This document shows positions 49,208 to 63,300 of a stretch of 64,000 nucleotides of DNA, piece by piece. Made by a program: the position numbers and the translations under genes. Within the stretch, counting starts at the first letter, position 1. Each line of letters starts with the position of its first letter. The stretch lies in assembly GCA_964016885.1 (NCBI GenBank), contig OZ024745.1:434001-498000 (forward strand), given 5' to 3'. This DNA is from Eledone cirrhosa. Its lineage: Eukaryota. Below the pieces are notes generated by a model, which did no database searches, was not told where the DNA came from, and worked only from the letters and a program-made list of their open reading frames with translations.

Positions 49208-52200
49208 TCACTGTATGTTGTTAGACCATGTATATCTAGTTTAAAATAGATACACTGTATCCCTGTATGTTGTAATACCATATATATCTAGTTTAGAATA
49301 GGTACACTGTATCCCTGTATGTCATAATATCATGTATATCTAGTTTAGAATAGGTACACTGTATCCCTGTATGTCATAATATCATGTATATCTAGTTTAG
49401 AATAGGTACACTGTATCCCTGTATGTCATAATATCATATATATCTAGTTTAGAATAGGTACACTGTATCCCTGTATGTTGTAATACCATATATATCTAGT
49501 TTAGAATAGGTACACTGTATCCCTGTATGTTGTAATACCATGTATATCTAGTTTAGAATAGGTACACTGTATCTCTGTATGTCATAATACCATGTATATC
49601 TAGTTTAGAATAGGTACACTGTATCCCTGTATGTTGTAATACCATGTATATCTAGTTTAGAATAGGTACACTGTATCCCTGTATGTTGTAATACCATATA
49701 TATCTAGTTTAGAATAGGTACACTGTATCCCTGTATGTCATAATATCATATATATCTAGTTTAGAATAGGTACACTGTATCCCTGTATGTTGTAATACCA
49801 TGTATATCTAGTTTAGAATAGGTACACTGTATCTCTGTATGTCATAATACCATTTATATCTAGTTTAGAATAGGTACACTGTATCCCTGTATGTTGTAAT
49901 ACCATGTATATCTAGTTTAGAATAGGTACACTGTATCCCTGTATGTTGTAATACCATGTATATCTAGTTTAGAATAGGTACACTGTATCCCTGTATGTCA
50001 TAATACCATGTATATCTAGTTTAGAATAGGTACACTGTATCCCTGTATGTTGTAATACCATATATATCTAGTTTAGAATAGGTATACTGTATCCCTGTAT
50101 GTTGTAATACCATATATATCTAGTTTAGAATAGGTACACTGTATCCCTGTATGTTGTAATACCATGTATATCTAGTTTAGAATAGGTACACTGTATCCCT
50201 GTATGTCATAATACCATGTATATCTAGTTTAGAATAGGTACACTGTATCCCTGTATGTTGTAAGACCATATATATCTAGTTTAGAATAGGTACACTGTAT
50301 CCCTGTATGTTGTAATACCATGTATATCTAGTTTAGAATAGGTACACTGTATCCCTGTATGTTGTAATGCCATGTATATCTAGTTTAGAATAGGTACACT
50401 GTATCCCTGTATGTCATAATATCATATATATCTAGTTTAGAATAGGTACACTGTATCCCTGTACATTGTAATATCATATATATCTAGTTTAGAATAGGTA
50501 CACTGTATCCCTATATGTCATAATACCATATATATCTAGTTTAAAATAGATACACTGTATCCCTGTATGTTGTAATACCATATATATCTAGTTTAGAATA
50601 GGTACACTGTATCCCTGTATGTCATAATATCATATATATCTAGTTTAGAATAGGTACACTGTATCCCTGTATGTTGTAATACCATATATATCTAGTTTAG
50701 AATAGGTACACTGTATCCCTGTATGTTGTAATACCATGTATATCTAGTTTAGAATAGGTACACTGTATCTCTGTATGTCATAATACCATGTATATCTAGT
50801 TTAGAATAGGTACACTGTATCCCTGTATGTTGTAATACCATGTATATCTAGTTTAGAATAGGTACACTGTATCCCTGTATGTTGTAATACCATGTATATC
50901 TAGTTTAGAATAGGTACACTGTATCCCTGTATGTCATAATACCATGTATATCTAGTTTAGAATAGGTACACTGTATCCCTGTATGTTGTAATACCATATA
51001 TATCTAGTTTAGAATAGGTACACTGTATCCCTGTATGTTGTAATACCATATATATCTAGTTTAGAATAGGTACACTGTATCCCTGTATGTTGTAATACCA
51101 TGTATATCTAGTTTAGAATAGGTACACTGTATCCCTGTATGTCATAATACCATGTATATCTAGTTTAGAATAGGTACACTGTATCCCTGTATGTTGTAAG
51201 ACCATATATATCTAGTTTAGAATAGGTACACTGTATCCCTGTATGTTGTAATACCATGTATATCTAGTTTAGAATAGGTACACTGTATCCCTGTATGTTG
51301 TAATGCCATGTATATCTAGTTTAGAATAGGTACACTGTATCCCTGTATGTCATAATATCATATATATCTAGTTTAGAATAGGTACACTGTATCCCTGTAC
51401 ATTGTAATATCATATATATCTAGTTTAGAATAGGTACACTGTATCCCTGTATGTCATAATACCATATATATCTAGTTTAAAATAGATACACTGTATCCCT
51501 GTATGTTGTAATACCATATATATCTAGTTTAGAATAGGTACACTGTATCCCTGTATGTCATAATATCATATATATCTAGTTTAGAATGGGTACACTGTAT
51601 CCCTGTATGTTGTAATACCATATATATCTAGTTTAGAATAGGTACACTGTATCCCTGTATGTTGTAATACCATGTATATCTAGTTTAGAATAGGTACACT
51701 GTATCCCTGTATGTTGTAATACCATGTACATCTAGTTTAGAATAGGTACACTGTATCCCTGTATGTTGTAATACCATGTATATCTAGTTTAGAATAGGTA
51801 CACTGTATCCCTGTCTCATAATACCATATATATCTACACTGTATCCCTGTATGTTGTAATACCATATATATCTAGTTTAGAATAGGTACACTGTATCCCT
51901 GTATGTCATAAGACCATGTATATCTAGTTTAGAATAGGTACACTGTATCCCTGTATGTCATAATACCATGTATATCTAGTTTAGAATAGGTACACTGTAT
52001 CCCTGTATGTTGTAATACCATGTATATCTAGCTTAGAATAGGTACACTGTATCCCTGTATGTCATAATACCATATATATCTAGTTTAAAATAGATACACT
52101 GTATCCCTGTATGTTGTAATACCATATATATCTAGTTTAGAATAGGTACACTGTATCCCTGTATGTTGTAATACCATGTATATCTAGTTTAGAATAGGTA

Positions 52201-55200
52201 CACTATATCCCTGTATGTTGTGATACCATATATATCTAGTTTAGAATAGGTACACTGTATCCCTGTATGTTGTAATACCATGTATATCTAGTTTAGAATA
52301 GGTACACTATATCCCTGTATGTTGTGATACCATGTATATCTAGTTTAGAATAGGTACACTGTATCCCTGTATGTTGTGATACCATGTATAACTAGTTTAT
52401 AATAGGTACACTGTATACCTGTATGTTGTAAGACCATGTATATCTAGTTTAGAATAGGTACACTGTATCCCTGTATGTTGTAATACCATATATATCTAGT
52501 TTAGAATAGGTACACTGTATCCCTGTATGTTGTAATACCATGTATATCTAGTTTAGAATAGGTACACTGTATCCCTGTATGTTGTAATACCATGTATATC
52601 TAGTTTAGAATAGGTACACTGTATCCCTGTATGTCATAATACCATGTATATCTAGTTTAGAATAGGTACACTGTATCCCTGTATGTTGTAATACCATATA
52701 TATCTAGTTTAGAATAGGTACACTGTATCCCTGTATGTTGTAATACCATATATATCTAGTTTAGAATAGGTACACTGTATCCCTGTATGTTGTAATACCA
52801 TATATATCTAGTTTAGAATAGGTACACTGTATCCCTGTATGTTGTAATACCATGTATATCTAGTTTAGAATAGGTACACTGTATCCCTGTATGTCATAAT
52901 ACCATGTATATCTAGTTTAGAATAGGTACACTGTATCCCTGTATGTTGTAAGACCATATATATCTAGTTTAGAATAGGTACACTGTATCCCTGTATGTTG
53001 TAATACCATGTATATCTAGTTTAGAATAGGTACACTGTATCCCTGTATGTTGTAATGCCATGTATATCTAGTTTAGAATAGGTACACTGTATCCCTGTAT
53101 GTCATAATATCATATATATCTAGTTTAGAATAGGTACACTGTATCCCTGTACATTGTAATATCGTATATATCTAGTTTAGAATAGGTACACTGTATCCCT
53201 GTATGTCATAATACCATATATATCGAGTTTAAAATAGATACACTGTATCCCTGTATGTTGTAATACCATATATATCTAGTTTAGAATAGGTACACTGTAT
53301 CCCTGTATGTCATAAGACCATGTATATCTAGTTTAGAATAGGTACACTGTATCCCTGTATGTCATAATACCATGTATATCTAGTTTAGAATAGGTACACT
53401 GTATCCCTGTATGTTGTAATACCATGTATATCTAGCTTAGAATAGGTACACTGTATCCCTGTATGTCATAATACCATATATATCTAGTTTAAAATAGGTA
53501 CACTGTATCCCTGTATGTTGTAATACCATGTATATCTAGTTTAGAATAGGTACACTGTATCCCTGTATGTTGTAATGCCATGTATATCTAGTTTAGAATA
53601 GGTACACTGTATCCCTGTATGTCATAATATCATATATATCTAGTTTAGAATAGGTACACTGTATCCCTGTACATTGTAATATCATATATATCTAGTTTAG
53701 AATAGGTACACTGTATCCCTGTATGTCATAATACCATATATATCTAGTTTAAAATAGATACACTGTATCCCTGTATGTTGTAATACCATATATATCTAGT
53801 TTAGAATAGGTACACTGTATCCCTGTATGTCATAATATCATATATATCTAGTTTAGAATAGGTACACTGTATCCCTGTATGTTGTAATACCATATATATC
53901 TAGTTTAGAATAGGTACACTGTATCCCTGTATGTTGTAATACCATGTATATCTAGTTTAGAATAGGTACACTGTATCCCTGTATGTTGTAATACCATGTA
54001 TATCTAGTTTAGAATAGGTACACTGTATCCCTGTATGTTGTAATACCATATATATCTAGTTTAGAATAGGTACACTGTATCCCTGTATGTTGTAATACCA
54101 TATATATCTAGTTTAGAATACGTACACTGTATCCCTGTATGTTGTAATACCATGTATATCTAGTTTAGAATAGGTACACTGTATCCCTGTATGTTGTAAT
54201 ACCATGTATATCTAGTTTAGAATAGGTACACTGTATCCCTGTATGTTGTAATACCATGTATATCTAGTTTAGAATAGGTACACTGTATCCCTGTCTCATA
54301 ATACCATATATATCTAGTTTAAAATAGGTACACTGTATCCCTGTATGTTGTAATACCATATATATCTAGTTTAGAATCGGTACACTGTATCCCTGTATGT
54401 CATAAGACCATGTATATCTAGTTTAGAATAGGTACACTGTATCCCTGTATGTCATAATACCATGTATATCTAGTTTAGAATAGGTACACTGTATCCCTGT
54501 ATGTTGTAATACCATGTATATCTAGCTTAGAATAGGTACACTGTATCCCTGTATGTCATAATACCATACATATCTAGTTTAAAATAGGTACACTGTATCC
54601 CTGTATGTTGTAATACCATGTATATCTAGTTTATAATAGGTACACTGTATACCTGTATGTTGTAAGACCATGTATATCTAGTTTAGAATAGGTACACTGT
54701 ATCCCTGTATGTTGTAATACCATATATATCTAGTTTAGAATAGGTACACTGTATCCCTGTATGTTGTAATACCATGTATATCTAGTTTAGAATAGGTACA
54801 CTGTATCTCTGTATGTCATAATACCATGTATATCTAGTTTAGAATAGGTACACTGTATCCCTGTATGTCATAATACCATATATATCTAGTTTAGAATAGG
54901 TACACTGTATCCCTGTATGTTGTAATACCATGTATATCTAGTTTAGAATAGGTACACTGTATCCCTGTATGTTGTAATACCATGTATATCTAGTTTAGAA
55001 TAGGTACACTGTATTCCTGTATGTTGTGATACCATGTATATCTAGTTTAGAATACGTACACTGTATCCCTGTATGTTGTGATACCATGTATATCTAGTTT
55101 ATAATAGGTACACTGTATACCTGTATGTTGTAAGACCATGTATATCTAGTTTAGAATAGGTACACTGTATCCCTGTATGTTGTAATACCATATATATCTA

Positions 55201-55910
55201 GTTTAGAATAGGTACACTGTATCCCTGTATGTTGTAATACCATGTATATCTAGTTTAGAATAGGTACACTGTATCCCTGTATGTTGTAATACCATGTATA
55301 TCTAGTTTAGAATAGGTACACTGTATCTCTGTATGTCATAATACCATGTATATCTAGTTTAGAATAGGTACACTGTATCCCTGTATGTCATAATACCATA
55401 TATATCTAGTTTAGAATAGGTACACTGTATCCCTGTATGTTGTAATACCATGTATATCTAGTTTAGAATAGGTACACTGTATCCCTGTATGTTGTGATAC
55501 CATGTATATCTAGTTTAGAATAGGTACACTGTATCCCTGTATGTTGTGATACCATGTATATCTAGTTTAGAATAGGTACACTGAATCCCTGTATGTTGTG
55601 ATACCATGTATATCTAGTTTAGAATAGGTACACTGTATCCCTGTATGTTGTAATACCATGTATATCTAGTTTAGAATAGGTACACTGTATCCCTGTATGT
55701 TGTAATACCATGTATATCTAGTTTAAAATAGGTACACTGTATCCCTGTATGTTGTAAGACCATGTATATCTAGTTTAGAATAGGTACACTGTATCCCTGT
55801 ATGTTGTAATACCATGTATATCTAGTTTAGAATAGGTACACTGTATCCCTGTATGTTGTAATACCATGTATATCTAGTTTAGAAGAGGTACACTGTATCC
55901 CTGTATGTCA
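49208..55910. repeat. 52 bp tandem satellite, ~129 copies
   Basis: tacactgtatccctgtatgttgtaatacca t(a/g)tatatctagtttagaatagg; no spacers. Confidence 0.98.
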
Positions 55911-55927
55911 TACAAAGTCAGTAAAAC

Positions 55928-56015
55928 TGTTGGTGTTAGGAAGGGCATCCAACTTTAAAACATTGCTTCAAAAAGTTCCATCCAACCCATGTTAGTATTG
56001 AAAAGATGATGTAAA
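55928..56015 (+). mobile_element. Degenerate RTE/SINE 3' end
   Basis: gttggtgttaggaagggcatcc...aacccatg...gatgtaaaa. Confidence 0.65.
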
Positions 56016-56123
56016 AGCAATAATTAATTTGATATGCTGTCAACAAATATCACAACAGTTTCATATCATGTATCCATCAACACACATTTACATTGATGGC
56101 TTTGCATATAATGTATGTATATA

Positions 56124-56308
56124 ATTGTTTCTACGTTAGGCACAAGGCCAGCAATTACCCAGTGCATTACTGGTACTTTATTTTATCGACCCCGTAAGGA
56201 TGAAAGACAGAGTTAACCTTGGCGGGATTTGAACTCAGAATGGCAAGGGCCATAACTCTATACGTCAAAGCATGGCGTCCGACCCTCTACCAATACTGCC
56301 AACCCATC
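56124..56308 (-). mobile_element. Deu/Nin-like tRNA SINE with TSD
   Basis: Reverse complement of the 18728 family; tataatgtatg(t/c)atataa on both sides. Confidence 0.85.
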
Positions 56309-56327
56309 TATATAATGTATGCATATA

Positions 56328-56383
<56 letters not shown>

Positions 56384-56475
56384 AGAGATGGGCTAGATCG
56401 AACCTTGAGCTGATCAGTGGCGAAACGCGCGTCACCAACCAATAAACGTAATGAAGGAGTAACCATTAGCCCTTG

Positions 56476-56544
<69 letters not shown>

Positions 56545-58060
56545 CAGTGCTGAGACTGAGGAGACCACTAATGATGTGATACATGGGGAGATGTACAGAG
56601 GATACAGAGATCAGATGACCATGTTTTGCTCAGACTGGACTGATTTTGTCTTGGTTTCTATGGCTGGATGCCCTTCCTAACGCCAATATATATACACACA
56701 CTCGGACACTGAGGTGTACATGTGAGGGAAAATGAGAAAGAGATAAGTGAAATAGCAGATTAGATAGTCCTTTCCTCACCCCACTCTCCGCCGTGTTAAA
56801 ATCCACTCCAGGTGTTTCATCTGGGAATTACAGTTACTTCAACATAGCTTACCTGTTGGTGATAGATACCAGATAACTTAGAAATAACACTACCTGAAAT
56901 AGAGTCTTATTATCTACTTAACCTGTCATTACCATATTTCTAGTGAAATACACTACATGTGTTTCAATTAATTTTGAAAATAACCAAACATTTGAAAAAA
57001 TTTAATAAATTAAATTTTCATTAGTAGGTTGATATTTAGAACATTACTTTTAAAAAACTTCTTAAATAAAATCACAATGGAAGAATAACAGTTTTCTATC
57101 ATAAAACCAGTGGTGGAGATTTCAGGTAGTTGGGTATCAAAAGGGTTAATGTATATGCTGTAATGGTATTATAAGACAGTAAAGTGTAAATGGAGGGAGA
57201 TTTGGCTACTATTTCAGTCAGCTCAAAAAACTGCACAGAAGCTTCCTTATTTATTTTATTTTATCTATTTTATTTTTATTTTTATATTCACTTATCTCTT
57301 TACTCAACTTTAAGAAGTACTAGCTACTTCCTCGAGTCTATCATGGCTTACTAGCTCTATACAGACGTCTAAATTGATTACATAAATCAATATGTTAAAG
57401 CTACAAGTGAAAATGATGGGAATTTCTCTGATTTAGTGGCCAATGGAATGGGAAGGAGCACATAATATTTCAGTAAGTTCAGGAAACAATGTGAGTGGTA
57501 ACATCTTGGAGTGATAACTCACACACTGAGTGTAACATTATACTCTACTTTGAAGTGGGAGATTAGACAGTGAAGGGAGAGATTAGAGAGTTGAGTGTGA
57601 CATTATACTCTACTTTGGAGTGGGAGATTAGACAATGAAAGGAGAGATTAGAGAGTTGAGTGAGAGATTATATGTCATCAGGAAGAAGAAGAGGACATGA
57701 GGGCAAAAGAAACATAAATAAGAAAATAAGGTAAAAAAAAGGACAATAATGAATCAGTTAAAAGTTTCTGTTGTTGAATATTTTCATATTGAAAGATCTT
57801 GTTTATGGTTGGTAGCTCCTTAATAATATATTGCACCCCCAATCTTGGTAGATATTTTTTAAAAGACAAGCTTCAAGATGTCCCCTTTCTTTCTCTAAAT
57901 AAATAAATCATAAGGACCTTCAGGAAAAGTGTCCTGAACACTTCAGATCAGATACCTGTTGATCTCTCATTACCATGACAACCATTAGAGCATTAAACTC
58001 CTCACTCATCACCTTCTCTCTCTTTGTTCTCTCTATCTCATCTGTTTCCCTTCTCCCTAG

Positions 58061-58090
58061 CATTTTAATGGCTTTATTGCCTTGTTTGAG
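58061..58090 (+). CDS. Possible 30 bp microexon with GC donor
   Basis: ~50 nt pyrimidine tract ending ccctag; GAG|gcgagt; length is a multiple of 3. Confidence 0.25.
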
Positions 58091-58939
58091 GCGAGTATAT
58101 ATAAAAACAAAATCATTTCTTAGTATTGGGTTCTATACTTGAGTTTTAAGGGTGGCATACAACGAAAGAGTTGGGCCTGAGCATCATGAAACCTCTGCCT
58201 GGGAGTCACATGTCACACTCTCAAAAGAGAGACCAGATGTATGATGATCACATGACATTATATTGTAGCGTGAGAAAGGTCATATGACAACACTGTGGAG
58301 ACGAAAGAAGGATAGAGAGAAAGAATTCAACAAAATTCACCAAATAACAGAGAGTAATCTACTAACAACACTATGGTAGTTTAATTAGCATGTAATGGGT
58401 GAGGGGTTATTAACAGCCACACAGCTACGGTACTGTTACAATAATTAGAGTCATTATTAAAGACTGGCCTTCCAACAAGAGTGTTGCTTCACCAAAACTA
58501 ATCACTTATGGAGTTAAAATGGTCAGATCAGAGTGGTTTTAGTGAGAACTCTCAACTATAGACACATACACACACACACATGCACGCACAAACACACACA
58601 TGCACATACACACACCACCATCACCCCACCACACAGAACCTCATACAATGACAGATACTTCCACTCCTATACAAACACACACACACACATGTAGATAGAC
58701 AGACAGACAGACAGAGATATGTAGACAGTGGCAATACTAAAAGATATGTTGAGAAACAATAATGTGCACACATAGCAACTACATGTGTAGTTGTTTAGTG
58801 ATGAGAGGAGAAGGTCAGCAAGGTCAGCAAGGTCAGCAAGGTCAGCAACAGTCACTCCCCACACCCACTCACCTCCCACCAAAGAAGTACATCAGGTGAT
58901 ACTGTCTTCTTCAACTACGGGTGGCTGGCGGGCGGTGGA

Positions 58940-59014
58940 CTGACGGACGGACAGGCAGGCAGGCAGCTGGACAGACAGGCAGATGGGTGAACAGACAGAC
59001 AGACAGACGGGCGG

Positions 59015-59060
<46 letters not shown>

Positions 59061-59065
59061 GGGCG

Positions 59066-59100
<35 letters not shown>

Positions 59101-59300
59101 GGGCGGACAGACAGACGGGCAGGCAGACAGGTAGACAGACGGGCAGGCAGGCGGGTGGATAGACAGACAGACAGAAGGGCGGACAGACAGACGGGCAAGC
59201 AGACAGACAGACGGGCGGACAGACAGATAGATAGGCGGACAGACAGACAGACGGGTGGACAGGCAAACAGACGGGCAGACAGACAGGCACGGGCAGACAT
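58940..59300. repeat. (CAGA)n/(CGGG) tetranucleotide tract
   Basis: Seen directly in sequence. Confidence 0.93.
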
Positions 59301-59334
59301 GGACATACAAACACAAAACACACAATCATTATTA

Positions 59335-59450
59335 CATAGTTACGGCCCTTTACAGTCTGAGTTCAAATCCTTACGGAGTCAATAAAATAAAGTACCAGTA
59401 ATGTACTGGGATAATTGCTGGCCTTGTGCCAATAGTAGAAACAATTATTA
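59335..59450 (+). mobile_element. Deu/Nin-like SINE, truncated and internally deleted
   Basis: ctgagttcaaatccttacggagtcaataaaataaagtaccagtaatg...ggccttgtgcc. Confidence 0.75.
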
Positions 59451-60002
59451 CATGATCAATATATATACACATTGTTACATTGTCAACACACACACACACA
59501 ATTATTACAAGATCAATGTATACACACACATCCACACACACACACACACACACACATACATACATACACACACATCCACACACATACATACACACACACA
59601 AAAGAGAAGTCAGTTAAAAACAACTGTTTAAATGAAACTGGTTATTTGATATTTGTGACAATGATGAGGGTAAAATGTGACAACTACAGATGGACATTGA
59701 GGAAAACACCAATAAAACCTACTTGAATGGCTTTCAAATGGCTTGAAGTAGAAGCAGGATGGTTAAGTGGTTAAAACAGTTTACTTGTTAATGGGTCACA
59801 ATTTCAAATGTTACTGCCATTTTGTTGATTCTGGATATTATCATCATTTTATGACTGCTTTTCCATGCTTACATGGAAGTTGAGTGGGTCTTTTTCAACT
59901 CAGCATTCTTCTCCATTCATTGTCTGCCTTGTCATCTCCTCTGTGAGATCAGCTTTCACCATCCAGGTTTTCCTTATTCTATCATCTATTATTTTAGGTA
60001 AC

Positions 60003-60227
60003 AAGGGTGGTAGATCAACAGAACCAGTAGAGCATCAAACAACATGCTTCGCAGTATATAGCTATGGCCATTGATGTTCTGAGTTCAAATCCCGCCGAGG
60101 TTACCTTTGCCTTTTATCCTTATGGGGTGGATAAAATAAAGTACCAGTGACACACTGGGGTTGATTTGATCAACTTTACCTTTCCTTTTAAATTGCTGGC
60201 CTTGTGCTAAAAGTAGAAACAATTATT
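60003..60227 (+). mobile_element. Deu/Nin-like tRNA SINE
   Basis: gagttcaaatcccgccgaggtt...gcctttt atccttatggggtggataaaataaagtaccag...gtagaaacaattatt. Confidence 0.82.
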
Positions 60228-60302
60228 TCAAGTAGTTATTGAAAATGAAGAGAATATTTCATACAATAAACTGACATTCTGTCTGGAGGGAGATTTATCT
60301 GT

Positions 60303-63300
60303 CATCCAGTCTTCAACAGCAAAGACTTCTATCTCCCTAAACATTGGAACCTTCCATCTAGTCTTCAACAGTAAAGACTTCTATCTCCCTAAACATTGGA
60401 ACCTTCCATCTAGTCTTCAACAGTAAAGACTTCTATCTCCCTAAACATTGGAACCTTCCATCTAGTCTTCAACAGCAAAGACTTTATCTCCCTAAACATT
60501 GGAACCTTCCATCTAGTCTTCAACAGCAAAGACTTCTATCTCCCTAAACATTGGAACCTTCCATCTAGTCTTCAACAGCAAAGACTTCTATCTCCCTAAA
60601 CATTGGAACCTTCCATCTAGTCTTCAACAGCAAAGACTTCTATCTCCCTAAACATTGGAACCATCCATCTAGTCTTCAACAGCAAAGACTTCTATCTCCC
60701 TAAACATTGGAACCTTCCATCCAGTCTTCAACAGCAAAGACTTCTATCTCCCTAAATATTGGAACCTTCCATCTAGTCTTCAACAGCAAAGACTTCTATC
60801 TCCCTAAACATTGGAACCTTCCATCCAGTCTTCAACAGCAAAGACTTCTATCTCCCTAAACATTGGAACCTTCCATCTAGTCTTCATCAGCAAAGACTTC
60901 TATCTCCCTAAATATTGGAACCTTCCATCTAGTCTTCAACAGTAAAGACTTCTATCTCCCTAAATATTGGAACCTTCCATCTAGTCTTCAACAGTAAAGA
61001 CTTCTATCTCCCTAAACATTGGAACCTTCCATCTAGTCTTCAACAGCAAAGACTTCTATCTCCCTAAATATTGGAACCTTCCATCTAGTCTTCAACAGCA
61101 AAGACTTCTATCTCCCTAAACATTGGAACCTTCCATCCAGTCTTCAACAGCAAAGACTTCTATCTCCGTAAACATTGGAACCTTCCATCTAGTCTTCAAC
61201 AGTAAAGACTTCTATCTCCCTAAACATTGGAACCTTCCATCTAGTCTTCAACAGTAAAGACTTCTATCTCCCTAAACATTGGAACCTTCCATCTAGTCTT
61301 CAACAGCAAAGACTTCTATCTCCCTAAACATTGGAACCTTCCATCTAGTCTTCAACAGTAAACACTTCTATCTCCCTAAACATTGGAACCTTCCATCTAG
61401 TCTTCATCAGCAAAGACTTCTATCTCCCTAAACATTGGAACCTTCCATCTAGTCTTCAACAGTAAAGACTTCTATCTCCCTAAAAATTGGAACCTTCCAT
61501 CTAGTCTTCAACAGCAAAGACTTCTATCTCCCTAAACATTGGAACCTTCCATCTAGTCTTCATCAGCAAAGACTTCTATCTCCCTAAACATTGGAACCTT
61601 CCATCCAGTCTTCAACAGCAAAGATTTCTATCTCCCTGAACATTGGAACCTTCCATCTAGTCTTCAACAGTAAAGACTTCTATCTCCCTAAACATTGGAA
61701 CCTTCCATCTAGTCTTCAACAGTAAAGACTTCTATCTCCCTAAACATTGGAACCTTCCATCTAGTCTTCAACAGTAAAGACTTCTATCTCCCTAAACATT
61801 GGAACCTTCCATCTAGTCTTCAACAGCAAAGACTTCTATCTCCCTAAACATTGGAACCTTCCATCTAGTCTTCAACAGCAAAGACTTCTATCTCCCTAAA
61901 CATTGGAACCTTCCATCTAGTCTTCAACAGTAAAGACTTCTATCTCCCTAAACATTGGAACCTTCCATCTAGTCTTCAACAGTAAAGACTTCTATCTCCC
62001 TAAATATTGGAACCTTCCATCTAGTCTTCAACAGTAAAGACTTCTATCTCCCTAAACATTGGAACCTTCCATCTAGTCTTCAACAGTAAAGACTATCTCC
62101 CTAAACATTGGAACCTTCCATCCAGTCTTCAACACCAAAGACTTCTATCTCCCTAAACATTGGAACCTTCCATCTAGTCTTCAACAGTAAAGACTTCTAT
62201 CTCCCTAAACATTGGAACCTTCCATCTAGTCTTCAACAGTAAAGACTTCTATCTCCCTAAATATTGGAACCTTCCCTCCAGTCTTCAACACCAAAGACTT
62301 CTATCTCCCTAAACATTGGAACCTTCCATCTAGTCTTCAACAGTAAAGACTTCTATCTCCCTAAACATTGGAACCTTCCATCTAGTCTTCAACAGTAAAG
62401 ACTTCTATCTCCCTAAACATTGGAACCATCCATCCAGTCTTCAACAGCAAAGACTTCTATCTCCCTAAACATTGGAACCTTCCATCTAGTCTTCAACAGC
62501 AAAGACTTCTATCTCCCTAAACATTGGAACCTTCTATCTAGTCTTCAACAGCAAAGACTTCTATCTCCCTAAACATTGGAACCTTCCATCTAGTCTTCAA
62601 CAGCAAAGACTTCTATCTCCCTAAACATTGGAACCTTCCATCTAGTCTTCAACAGCAAAGACTTCTATCTCCCTAAACATTGGAACCTTCCATCTAGTCT
62701 TCAACAGCAAAGACTTCTATCTCCCTAAATTTTGGAACCTTCCATCTAGTCTTCAACAGCAAAGACTTCTATCTCCCTAAACATTGGAACCTTCCATCTA
62801 GTCTTCAACAGTAAACACTTCTATCTCCCTAAATATTGGAACCTTCCATCTAGTCTTCAACAGCAAAGACTTCTATCTCCCTAAATATTGGAACCTTCAT
62901 CTAGTCTTCAACAGCAAAGACTTCTATCTCCCTAAACATTGGAACCTTCCATCTAGTCTTCAACAGCAAAGACTTCTATCTCCCTAAACATTGGAACCTT
63001 CCATCTAATCTTCAACAGCAAAGACTTCTATCTCCCTAAACATTGGAACCTTCCATCTAGTCTTCAACAGTAAAGACTTCTATCTCCCTAAATATTGGAA
63101 CCTTCCATCTAGTCTTCAACAGCAAAGACTTCTATCTCCCTAAACATTGGAACCTTCCATCTAGTCTTCAACAGCAAAGACTTCTATCTCCCTAAACATT
63201 GGAACCTTCCATCTAGTCTTCAACAGTAAAGACTTCTATCTCCCTAAACATTGGAACCTTCCATCTAGTCTTCAACAGTAAAGACTTCTATCTCCCTAAA

